DNA of 64,000 bases from an uncultured Bacillota bacterium (GTDB lineage Bacteria; Bacillota; Clostridia; Oscillospirales; Oscillospiraceae). Numbering within the stretch: position 1 is the stretch's first letter; the number at the start of each line of letters is the position of its first letter. A program made the translations under genes and the position numbers. The notes under the pieces are model-generated. The model had not been told where the DNA came from, did not search any database, and worked only from the letters and a program-made list of their open reading frames with translations. Of this stretch, positions 1 through 8,340 are shown in pieces. The stretch lies in NCBI GenBank assembly GCA_947385365.1, contig CANDKT010000002.1:5024-69023 (forward strand). Reading direction: 5' to 3'.

Positions 1-1
1 G

Positions 2-1318
2 CTTCCCGTTGGAGTCGTAGCTTTTCGTGACGATCTTCACCGGGTAATCGGTGCTGTTCTTGAAGCGGAAGTCCAGGCTGCCGTAAAAGACCGTGGCGTC
101 CATGCCCAGGTCCACATAGCCGGTGTTGAACTGATGGGCATGGCGTTCCACCACCTCCAGGGGCGTGTGGAGAACGGCGTAATAGATCGTGGAAGAGGTC
201 TGGCAGATGCCGCCGCCGATGTCATCCACCGATTGACCGGCCTTGTAGACCGGAGCGTTCTTATAGCCCTTGTCGCCGGTACGGCTGCCGGTGGTGTTGT
301 TGTAAGAAAACTCCTCGCCGGGCAGGAGAATGACGTCATTACAGGCTTCCGCGGACAGCTTGACGTTGTTTTTCCGGTTGGCGGAACCGGAAACGGTCGT
401 CGTCCCCTCGCCCAGAAGGTCCTTGAAAAGCTGCGCCTCCAGAACGTCCTTCGTCACCTTCGGCTGGGTCACGGTGACGGGAATCGAGAAGGTCTCCCCG
501 CTGCTGGCGTTCTGGTAGGCGTTCCGCAAAGCCTGGACGTCGAAATCCACACCGACCGCGTGGTCCGTGACCGCCATCGTCTGCGTGTCCAGAGAGGCGT
601 CCTTCGGCTCCGTGGCCAGCTCCTCGTGAATGGCCTCAAAGTCCGGCTCCTTGGTCTCGGATTGGCTGACGGGCAGGGGAATGTCCCGACTCGTCCCGCC
701 CTGACCGCTGAGACGCTGTTCCAACGCGTCCTGGAGCGCCTCTTCCACGTCGCTGCGGGCTTGCTCCCAGTCGATGGTCGCGATGGGCGCGCCCTTGGTC
801 ATGACCAGCTGACCGTCCTCGATCTGGTAGGCGGAGTGGTTCGCACGTCCGGCTACCGCCTCGCGCATCCCTTCCAGCAGACCGCCCAACGCCTGGCCGT
901 CCAGAGAGAACGCCGCCGGAACTTGACTGGACGCGCCCAGCATATGCCCCACCAGCTTCGCACCGCTGGTCAGGAAATTCTCCCGGCCCGCCCGCCAGGC
1001 GTCCTGCGCGCTCTGCGCGGCGTCCACCGTCAGCAAACTCGTGTCCAACTGCTCAATCAGACCGTCGTAGCTCAATGTGAGCGCGATGTCTCCGCTCTGA
1101 CCGGCCACGGCAGATTCCAAAGCCTTCTGCGCCTGCTCCGGGGTCAGGTTGGACACGTCCACACCCGAAATGCTCACGTTCGGCAGAATCGCCGCCCGGC
1201 CATTGGACCACACGCAGAGCCCAAGGTAAACGCAGGCCAGAACCGCTACGGTCAGACCTGCTGCCAGCCAGCCCAGCTTACCGCCGTCCGGCTTTCTTCG
1301 TACACGCTGCCCTTGCAT
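2..1318 (-). CDS. VanW family protein with N-terminal membrane anchor (3' end runs off the window)
   Basis: Minus-strand frame from ATG at 1318 (GGAGG RBS upstream), not in the ORF track because it is truncated. It reads ...IGGGICQTSSTIYYAVLHTPLEVVERHAHQFNTGYVDLGMDATVFYGSLDFRFKNSTDYP..., the VanW signature. Confidence 0.85.
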   Translation of the reverse strand, partial: MQGQRVRRKPDGGKLGWLAAGLTVAVLACVYLGLCVWSNGRAAILPNVSISGVDVSNLTPEQAQKALESAVAGQSGDIALTLSYDGLIEQLDTSLLTVDAAQSAQDAWRAGRENFLTSGAKLVGHMLGASSQVPAAFSLDGQALGGLLEGMREAVAGRANHSAYQIEDGQLVMTKGAPIATIDWEQARSDVEEALQDALEQRLSGQGGTSRDIPLPVSQSETKEPDFEAIHEELATEPKDASLDTQTMAVTDHAVGVDFDVQALRNAYQNASSGETFSIPVTVTQPKVTKDVLEAQLFKDLLGEGTTTVSGSANRKNNVKLSAEACNDVILLPGEEFSYNNTTGSRTGDKGYKNAPVYKAGQSVDDIGGGICQTSSTIYYAVLHTPLEVVERHAHQFNTGYVDLGMDATVFYGSLDFRFKNSTDYPVKIVTKSYDSNGK

Positions 1319-1717
1319 CTTTTACTTTCCCTCCACGCCGTCCGCCCCGCAGGCGGACCGCTGTCTTTCCGGCTCGAATAGCCGTTTCATCGTATTATAT
1401 CACTTGGACCGCCGACATACAATTACAGAAAAGTTACAAGTCCCGTTCCCGCAGCAAAATTTGCCCGCCCGCTGGAAAGAATATCCAGAAATCAGCACGT
1501 TCCCCTTGAAAAATCCCGCTCCAAGCCATTTACTTTTTCGCCTGCACGCAGTATGATAAAGAACAGCAGCGGAACCTGGCCGAAAACACAGGACGGCTTA
1601 GGAGAAATTTAAGAAAAAATCAATGTTCTTTTCGGGACGTTTCTGCTAAAATGAGAGCATGGAAACCTGTTCGCTCCGGCAGAACCCGACGGAGCGATTG
1701 CCGGAGGAGGAGAATCT

Positions 1718-2980
1718 ATGTCATCATCGCCCAATCCAAACGGCCCAAAAAACGATCTGGTCTACTGGCTGATCGCCCTGGGCCTGATCTTTACCGCCGT
1801 CGCCGCCCCGGTGGGCGTGCTGATGATCGTCATCAAGCTGCTGGATGGACAAAAACGGAAGGGATCTCACCCTTACTACCAGCAACAGCAGCAACAAGGC
1901 GCGCGTACCGCTTGGGACACGTCCGCTCAGGGATTCTCCCAAACGCGGAACGCCTCAAACGCGCAGCCCGTCCGCCCGCCTCGCTTGGAGAAAGCTGAGC
2001 CGAAGTTCTCCCAGCCGCGGCAGGATTCCCCCACCTTGCCCCGGCGCAAAAGCCGCTGGGACCCTACCGTCGAACTGGACCAGAAAGGAAAACGTTGGAC
2101 CATCTGGGGCGGCGTCATGGCCGCAATCGGAACGATTTCCTTCCTGGGCAGCCTGGGCGACCCGCTGTACTGGCTGTTTGAGGGGGATATCTCCTTCTTT
2201 ATTCAGGAACTTCTCCCGCTCATGACCCTGCCCTGCATCGCAGGCGGCGGGTTAGGGCTTATCTGGGCCGGTACGCGTAAGCGGAAACAGGCCCGCCGCT
2301 TCCGCAACTACCTGGCCATCATCGGACAGAAGGACTCCGTCTCGATCTCCGCGTTGGCCTCCGCTACGGGGCGTTCTCCGGGACATGTGCGGGACGATCT
2401 GGCCGATATGCTCGACGCCGGCCTGTTCCCGCAAGGCTTCCTGGATTACGGCGGCGACCGCCTGGTGCTGACCGGCGACGGGATTCAAGACCCAGTCCAG
2501 CCCAGACCTTCCCGCTCCGCAGAACCAGAGCCGGAAACGCAGCCCAGTCAGGAGAAAAAAGACGAAAACGCAATCCTTGCCGAGATACGCGCCGTGAACA
2601 ACGCTATCTCGAACCAGAAACTGTCCGCCCAGATTGACCGCGTCGGCGTCATCACCGCCAAGATCCTGGACTACCAGAAAAGCCACCCGGATAAAGCTCC
2701 CCAGCTGCACAGCTTCCTGAGCTACTACCTGCCCACAACGCTCAAGATCCTCCGGGCCTACGGCCAGCTGGAAGCACAGGAGATCTCCGGCGAGAACATC
2801 ACCGCCGCAATGCAGCGTATCGAGGGCATGATGGATAAGGTCGTGGAAGGCTTCGAAAAACAGCTGGACCTGCTCTTCCAGGGCGACGCGATGGACATCA
2901 CCACCGATGTGGAAGTCTTGGAACGGATGCTGGCTAAGGACGGCCTGTCCGAACAGCCCGGCTTGACTCTAGGGCTTTGA
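1718..2980 (+). CDS. 5-bromo-4-chloroindolyl phosphate hydrolysis (XpaC-like) family membrane protein
   Basis: GGAGG RBS, N-terminal TM segments, C-terminal FLSYYLPTTLKILRAY...FEKQLDLLFQGDAMDITTDVEVLERML motif typical of the family. Confidence 0.75.
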   Translation: MSSSPNPNGPKNDLVYWLIALGLIFTAVAAPVGVLMIVIKLLDGQKRKGSHPYYQQQQQQGARTAWDTSAQGFSQTRNASNAQPVRPPRLEKAEPKFSQPRQDSPTLPRRKSRWDPTVELDQKGKRWTIWGGVMAAIGTISFLGSLGDPLYWLFEGDISFFIQELLPLMTLPCIAGGGLGLIWAGTRKRKQARRFRNYLAIIGQKDSVSISALASATGRSPGHVRDDLADMLDAGLFPQGFLDYGGDRLVLTGDGIQDPVQPRPSRSAEPEPETQPSQEKKDENAILAEIRAVNNAISNQKLSAQIDRVGVITAKILDYQKSHPDKAPQLHSFLSYYLPTTLKILRAYGQLEAQEISGENITAAMQRIEGMMDKVVEGFEKQLDLLFQGDAMDITTDVEVLERMLAKDGLSEQPGLTLGL

Positions 2981-3086
2981 GCCGCAAGCCTTGACTGCCT
3001 CTCCCTGCCATGTAGTCCTCAACTGCCTGCCGCTTCAGCCCCGACGGATAGATTCAGTTTCGCTTCCTCCATAAGGACAGTTCCAT

Positions 3087-3116
3087 TTTTCACTGCCTCT
3101 TATAGAGGAAGCATAT
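3087..3116 (+). repeat. 30-bp imperfect direct repeat, copy 1 (left of the Uma2 gene)
   Basis: TTTTCACTGCCTCTTATAGAGGAAGCATAT, 25/30 identical to 3854-3883. Confidence 0.55.
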
Positions 3117-3224
3117 CAGAGGACGCCAAACGGCATTTTAAAAAACGCTGTCGATTCCCGTCTGACCCAACGGCGCGGCATTGTGAGAATACCTCAATTG
3201 AGTACAGGGAAAGGAGCTGGAAGG

Positions 3225-3797
3225 ATGAGCGAAAACTTAGCGTATCAGGAGATGCGGCGAGAGGAGTTGATTGACGGCGAGGCGGTTATGATGTCGCCCC
3301 GCCCCACGGTCAATCATAACCGCGTTGCGTACAATATCGCGACGCTTTTTGACAACTATCTGAGAGGAAAGAAGTGCGTGCCCTTTTCGGATGGCGTTGA
3401 CCTCTACCTGGACGAGAAAAACCGATTTATTCCAGACTTCATGATCGTCTGCGACCCGGATAAAATCAAACCAGATGGGGTCTATGGAGCCCCTGATCTG
3501 GTGGTGGAAGTCCTGTCCCCCAGCACAGCGAAGAACGACCGTGGGTACAAGAAAGATACTTACGCAAAGTTCGGCGTGCGGGAGTATTGGCTCGTCAGTC
3601 CGGGCGACAAGACGGTGGAAGTCTATCGAGCGGAGAACAGCGCGTTTTTTTTATACGACATCTATTCGCAACATCCCGATTGGGAGCTGGCAAAGATGAG
3701 CAAGGTGGAACGGCTCACAGTCGTGACGCATTTCAAGTGCAGTTTGTATGACGATCTGGAAATCTCGCTGGAAGATATTTTCTACCGCACGTTCTAA
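3225..3797 (+). CDS. Uma2 family (DUF820) PD-(D/E)xK endonuclease
   Basis: ELIDGEAVMMSP, IPDFMIVCD, GAPDLVVEVLSPST, KKDTYAKFGVREYWLV motifs. ATG 3225 follows AAGGAG. Confidence 0.9.
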   Translation: MSENLAYQEMRREELIDGEAVMMSPRPTVNHNRVAYNIATLFDNYLRGKKCVPFSDGVDLYLDEKNRFIPDFMIVCDPDKIKPDGVYGAPDLVVEVLSPSTAKNDRGYKKDTYAKFGVREYWLVSPGDKTVEVYRAENSAFFLYDIYSQHPDWELAKMSKVERLTVVTHFKCSLYDDLEISLEDIFYRTF

Positions 3798-3819
3798 GGC
3801 AAACGTCCGCCGGTTACTG

Positions 3820-3860
3820 TGAAACCCCCTAGAGCTGTAATCGCTCCAGGGGGTTTTCGC
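3820..3860. terminator. Hairpin between convergent genes (probable bidirectional terminator)
   Basis: GAAACCCCCTAGAGC...GCTCCAGGGGGTTTTC inverted repeat. Confidence 0.6.
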
Positions 3861-3883
3861 TGCCTCTTATAAAGAAAACAGAT
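3854..3883 (+). repeat. 30-bp imperfect direct repeat, copy 2 (right of the Uma2 gene)
   Basis: TTTTCGCTGCCTCTTATAAAGAAAACAGAT. Confidence 0.55.
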
Positions 3884-3905
3884 TGCTATAGAAGACGCGG
3901 CCTTT

Positions 3906-4709
3906 TCAATAGAGCTTGTCCAGAATCTCCACGATGTCTCCGATGACGCCGTCGTTGCAGTGGCACAGGACCTTCGCACCCCACTCCTTTACCTCCTGGG
4001 CGCAGTTGGCCGGGGCGAAGGGAATCGCCGACAGCGCAAGCATGGGAATATCGTTCTGATTGTCGCCCACACAGTAAATATGCTCCGGCGCGATGTCCAG
4101 ACGTTCCGCCAGACGGGCTACCATACCGCCTTTGGTGCAGCCCTTGCCGGTGATCTCCAGATAGCGCGGGTTGGAAAAAATGGCCTCGTAGCAGGAAAAA
4201 CGTTCCAGTATCTTTTTCTGCACAGGCCGCAGAAGCTCCGGCTCCTGGTGGAACAACGCCTTGACCCAAGGCAGCGGCATTTCAGCAACCGGGCATTCTG
4301 TGTAATCGCACCCGACCTTCCGCAAATGCGACAGCGTGATCTCATTGGGGTTGCAGACATAGATGTCCTCCCCGTGGTACACCTCCAGAGACAGCGAGGG
4401 GAACTCCTCCAGAATGGAACACAGGTCCCGCGCGGACGAGTGCGGCAACTGATGCTGTTCCAGCATTCGGTCCGCCTGGAAGTCGTACAGCGCCGCGCCG
4501 TTGGACAGCACCACCGGAGCGTTGATCGGAATCTGCCCGGCGTAGGGGAAGAAAGTGCGGTGAGCGCGTCCGGTGGAGACGGTGAACCGCCCGCCTTGGC
4601 TGACAAACCAGCGGATCGCTTCCAGATTGCGCGGCGGGATGCGTAGGTTCCAGTCAAAAAGCGTGTCGTCAAAGTCGCTGGCCAGCAAAAGACCGTCAAA
4701 TTTCCCCAT
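3906..4709 (-). CDS. Cof-type HAD-IIB family hydrolase
   Basis: ASDFDDTL (motif I), STGR, TKG and VGDNQNDIPML motifs. Confidence 0.9.
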   Translation of the reverse strand: MGKFDGLLLASDFDDTLFDWNLRIPPRNLEAIRWFVSQGGRFTVSTGRAHRTFFPYAGQIPINAPVVLSNGAALYDFQADRMLEQHQLPHSSARDLCSILEEFPSLSLEVYHGEDIYVCNPNEITLSHLRKVGCDYTECPVAEMPLPWVKALFHQEPELLRPVQKKILERFSCYEAIFSNPRYLEITGKGCTKGGMVARLAERLDIAPEHIYCVGDNQNDIPMLALSAIPFAPANCAQEVKEWGAKVLCHCNDGVIGDIVEILDKLY

Positions 4710-4846
4710 AAAGGGCCTCACTTTCCGCTTATAGCAATCTTCAGAATGACTGACGCGGGTCCTGCCCCCGAAGGGGGCGGAACCGAAAAAGAAAATTTCC
4801 CTCAGCTGTCAAGACAAGTGAATCTTGCTATAAAAGGCGGAAACAA

Positions 4847-5419
4847 TCACCGGATATCCGCCGCCAGATAGTAGGGCTTCAAAGGCCGGTGGGCCAGCGC
4901 GAAGACCAGCAGACACAACACCGTGTCGATGACCATATAGAAGCCGTTGTACAGCAGAGAGTAGAACCAGGGCGAGGTCATGGTCATGCCAAAGAACGTT
5001 TCCGGCATGTACTCCGCCCAAACGGTCGCGCCCACCACATAGTGGACCAGAAACCGGGCCAATGCGCCTGCGAGCGTCCCGGCGTAAATGCTCCAGGCGC
5101 GCCCGCGGAACAGTCCCGCCAGGCCCAGAACGGTGAAGGCAATCAGGTAGTCGCCCAGGATGGACTGCCAGCCCAGCGCAAAGCCTCCGTCATAGACGAA
5201 TTGCAGCACGCCTAAGGCAAACCCGGCCGTCAGGCCGGGGCCGAGACCCCAGCGGCAGGCGTAGAGAAAGATCGGCAGCATGGACAGGCAGATGGAACCA
5301 CCCCACGGCATTTCCCACAGCTTGATGAAGCCCAGGACGTGCGCGACCGCTACCAGGACCGCTCCTTCACACAACAGCCGGAGCGACCAGCTTCGAGTTT
5401 TCGTTTTGTTTGCTTCCAA
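4847..5419 (-). CDS. thiT: Energy-coupled (ECF S-component) thiamine transporter ThiT
   Basis: Hydrophobic protein with MPWGGSI, LGDYLIAF and YSLLYNG motifs. TTG start after GGAGG. Lies downstream of a TPP riboswitch. Confidence 0.85.
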   Translation of the reverse strand: MEANKTKTRSWSLRLLCEGAVLVAVAHVLGFIKLWEMPWGGSICLSMLPIFLYACRWGLGPGLTAGFALGVLQFVYDGGFALGWQSILGDYLIAFTVLGLAGLFRGRAWSIYAGTLAGALARFLVHYVVGATVWAEYMPETFFGMTMTSPWFYSLLYNGFYMVIDTVLCLLVFALAHRPLKPYYLAADIR

Positions 5420-5518
5420 TGTCGTTTCCTCCCGAAATTGAAGATACCGCATTACATCCGGACGGGTGTAGTGCGGCCTGAGAGGAGACACTGGAGCCCA
5501 AACAGAGCGTCTCTCTTC

Positions 5519-5618
5519 CACTTCCTACGCCGGCATTACCCGGATCAGGTTCAAGGGACCGGGGACGGCGTGTCCGTCCCACATCTCAGCCGGGAAACTC
5601 GCTCCCAGCGCCCCTGTG
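5519..5618 (-). ncRNA. TPP (THI-box) riboswitch
   Basis: Minus strand reads CAGGGGCGCTGG...GCTGAGATG...CCCTTGAACCTGATCCGGGTAATGCCGGCGTAGGAAG, the canonical TPP aptamer elements. Confidence 0.95.
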
Positions 5619-5643
5619 TTCGATTGTCCTGCGGTTCCTTCCC

Positions 5644-5673
5644 ATTGTAGTCCAGGTCTATGGAGTTTGTCAA
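5644..5673 (-). promoter_or_regulatory. Sigma-A promoter for the riboswitch/thiT transcript
   Basis: TTGACA-N18-TACAAT on the minus strand just upstream of the aptamer. Confidence 0.6.
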
Positions 5674-5878
5674 GGGCAGAGTTTACTCTTTTAGAAGCGC
5701 GGAGATCCGCTGGACCGCGTGACCTCAACGTGGGCAGTGTTTCCGCTTCACACTAAGGATTGCGGAGACGTTGCAAGTGTGGTAAAATATCCGGACAGGA
5801 CCTGATTTATTTTGATTTCAGACATTTTGTCTCCCTCCGCGGGGAGAGACGGGAAATATAGAGAGGGGTTATAGCAAA

Positions 5879-6607
5879 GTGAGAATGCGGAAAAAACCAA
5901 ACCTGGCCGTTCGGATGGAACGTTGCAGGAACCTGCTGATTTCAGAACCGGAAAAATACCGGGGCGGTTGGCGGCAGCTGAAACCCGATGGAAAGCTCCT
6001 GCGCCTGGAATTGGGTTGCGGAAAAGGCCGCTTCACCGCCGAGACCGCCCGGCAACACCCGGAAGACTTATATATCGCACTGGAACGCGTGCCGGACGCG
6101 ATGGTCGTGGCTATGGAACGGGTGCTGGAATTGGGCCTGCGTAACGTGTTTTTCATTGACGGCGACGCCGCGCGTTTGCGCGACTACTTCGCGCCCGGGG
6201 AAGTCGACCTGCTTTACATCAACTTCTGCGACCCTTGGCCCGGCCTGAAACACGCCCGCAGGCGTTTGACCCATGAACAGTTCCTGGTCTTGTACCGGGG
6301 AATCCTGCGCGACAGCGGCGAGATCCACTTCAAAAGCGACAATACAGACCTGTTTGAGTGGTCCCTCTACCAGTTCCCTAAGGCGGGATACGAGCTGTCT
6401 CAGATCACCCGTGACCTGCACGCGCAAGGTATCCAAGGCGTTATGACCGACTTCGAGGAGAAATTCCACTTGCAGGGCGTGCCCATCAAACGCTGCGTGG
6501 CCGTCAAGCAACCTATGGACCCGGAACCGGAGTTCCAGCCGATCGCCGGTCCCGACGCCGCCCGTCGGGGAAACACCGACCCTTCTTTGAAACAATCGGA
6601 GCAATAA
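5879..6607 (+). CDS. trmB: tRNA (guanine-N7)-methyltransferase
   Basis: LELGCGKGRF, NFCDPWP..KHARRRLT, FKSDN and MTDFEEKF motifs. Confidence 0.95.
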   Translation: MRMRKKPNLAVRMERCRNLLISEPEKYRGGWRQLKPDGKLLRLELGCGKGRFTAETARQHPEDLYIALERVPDAMVVAMERVLELGLRNVFFIDGDAARLRDYFAPGEVDLLYINFCDPWPGLKHARRRLTHEQFLVLYRGILRDSGEIHFKSDNTDLFEWSLYQFPKAGYELSQITRDLHAQGIQGVMTDFEEKFHLQGVPIKRCVAVKQPMDPEPEFQPIAGPDAARRGNTDPSLKQSEQ

Positions 6608-6608
6608 T

Positions 6609-6845
6609 ATGTATCGTTTTTATAAGATAAAATGTCCCCGTTGTGGGCATCAATTTGTATGGTTGGAAGGCACTTGTAAAGGCTCAGGCTTTTACTTGTA
6701 CAGAAGAAAAGGGTTCGATGAGGAACTGGAAAGCACGCCATGCCCGAAATGTGACGTCGAAATGGCCGTTTTGACGGATTCTTTGGAGGGAATCTGTATC
6801 CAAGAGGAATCCATCGAAATTGCTGGCACAGTGCGTGGAATATAA
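6609..6845 (+). CDS. Small hypothetical zinc-ribbon protein
   Basis: 78 aa with CPRCG and CPKC pairs. Starts 1 nt after the trmB stop. Visibly AT-richer than its neighbours. Confidence 0.6.
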   Translation: MYRFYKIKCPRCGHQFVWLEGTCKGSGFYLYRRKGFDEELESTPCPKCDVEMAVLTDSLEGICIQEESIEIAGTVRGI

Positions 6846-6895
6846 CAACCCAAGTAAAAAACGGCGCAACGCCGCGAGTTTGGAGGAAATCAGAT

Positions 6896-8305
6896 ATGGA
6901 GCGGACAACCCGGATCGCCCCCGAGGAAATAGAACATCAACTGGAGCTGTGCCAACGGACCGCGGCCCTGACAAGTTCAGGGCCTGAACAGCCGCTGGCC
7001 TTTGTGGACACCTACGGGTGTCAGCAGAACGAGGCCGATTCCGAGCGAATCCGCGGCTACCTGGCCGCAATGGGCTTCGGCTTTACAGACGACGAGGAAA
7101 AAGCCCGGATCATCGTCATCAATACCTGCGCCATCCGGGAACACGCGGAACAGCGGGTGTTCGGCAACGTGGGCGCGCTGGTCCACGTCAAACGCCGCCA
7201 CCCGGAATTGTTGATCTGCCTGTGCGGCTGCATGGTCCAACAGCCCCACGCCGCCCAAAAACTTCGGGAGTCCTACCGCCACGTGGACCTGGTGTTCGGA
7301 CCACACGCCCTGTGGAAGTTCCCCGAGATGGTCTACGGACTCCTTACCCAAAGAGGCCGGACCTTTGAATTAACAGACAGCCCCGGCTCCATCGCCGAGG
7401 GTATCCCCGTCGTCCGTCAGGACTCCATCAAAGCCTGGGTGTCCATCATGTACGGCTGCAATAACTTCTGCTCCTACTGCATCGTCCCCTACGTCCGAGG
7501 CCGGGAACGCTCCCGGAAACCAGAGGATATCTTAGACGAGGTGCGACGCCTGGTCGAGGACGGTTACAAGGATATCACCTTGCTGGGCCAGAACGTCAAC
7601 TCCTACGGCAAGGACCTGGAAGAACCTATGGACTTCTCCGCCCTCCTGGAACAGGTGAACGCAATCCCTGGCGATTTCCTCATCCGCTTCATGACCTCCC
7701 ACCCCAAAGACGCGACACAACGGCTGTTCGAGACGATGGCCCATTGCTCCAAAGTCGCGCCGGTCCTCCACCTGCCCTTCCAGGCGGGCAACGACCGGGT
7801 ACTCAAGGCCATGAACCGCCGCCACACCAGAGACGAATACCTCCAAAAAATCCGCGCCCTGAAAGCCTTGATCCCCGATATCGTCCTCACTTCGGATATC
7901 ATCGTCGGCTTCCCAGGAGAGACCGCCGGGGAGTTCGAGGACACGCTTCGGGTGCTGGAGGAGGTCCGCTTCGACGCGCTGTTCACATTTATTTTCTCGC
8001 CGCGCCGGGGTACCCCCGCAGCAGAACTGGACGACCCAACAACCCGAGAGGAAAAATTAGCCCGCTTCAACCGTTTGCTCGCCCTTCAGGACGCCATCTC
8101 CGAGGAAAAACACGCCGCCTACATCGGCCGGACCGTTCGCTGCCTGGTGGACGGCCGGTCCGACGATACGCGTTGGGACCTCACCGCCCGAACCCCAGGC
8201 AATCGCTTGGTGCGGCTGACCGGAGACGCCTCCGCAATCGGACAGTTCCGGGACGTGAAGATCACCGGCGCGAATAAGTGGTCGCTGTTCGGAGAGCTGG
8301 CGTGA
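6896..8305 (+). CDS. miaB: tRNA-i6A37 methylthiotransferase
   Basis: TYGCQQNEADSE, NTCAIRE, radical-SAM GCNNFCSYCIVPYVRGRERS, C-terminal TRAM domain. Confidence 0.95.
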   Translation: MERTTRIAPEEIEHQLELCQRTAALTSSGPEQPLAFVDTYGCQQNEADSERIRGYLAAMGFGFTDDEEKARIIVINTCAIREHAEQRVFGNVGALVHVKRRHPELLICLCGCMVQQPHAAQKLRESYRHVDLVFGPHALWKFPEMVYGLLTQRGRTFELTDSPGSIAEGIPVVRQDSIKAWVSIMYGCNNFCSYCIVPYVRGRERSRKPEDILDEVRRLVEDGYKDITLLGQNVNSYGKDLEEPMDFSALLEQVNAIPGDFLIRFMTSHPKDATQRLFETMAHCSKVAPVLHLPFQAGNDRVLKAMNRRHTRDEYLQKIRALKALIPDIVLTSDIIVGFPGETAGEFEDTLRVLEEVRFDALFTFIFSPRRGTPAAELDDPTTREEKLARFNRLLALQDAISEEKHAAYIGRTVRCLVDGRSDDTRWDLTARTPGNRLVRLTGDASAIGQFRDVKITGANKWSLFGELA

Positions 8306-8340
8306 AAACCAGACAACGGAAAGAAAAGGAAGGTGTACCT

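Noticed and set aside
134-1381. 415-aa plus-strand ORF
   Set aside because: Antisense to the real VanW-family gene on the minus strand.
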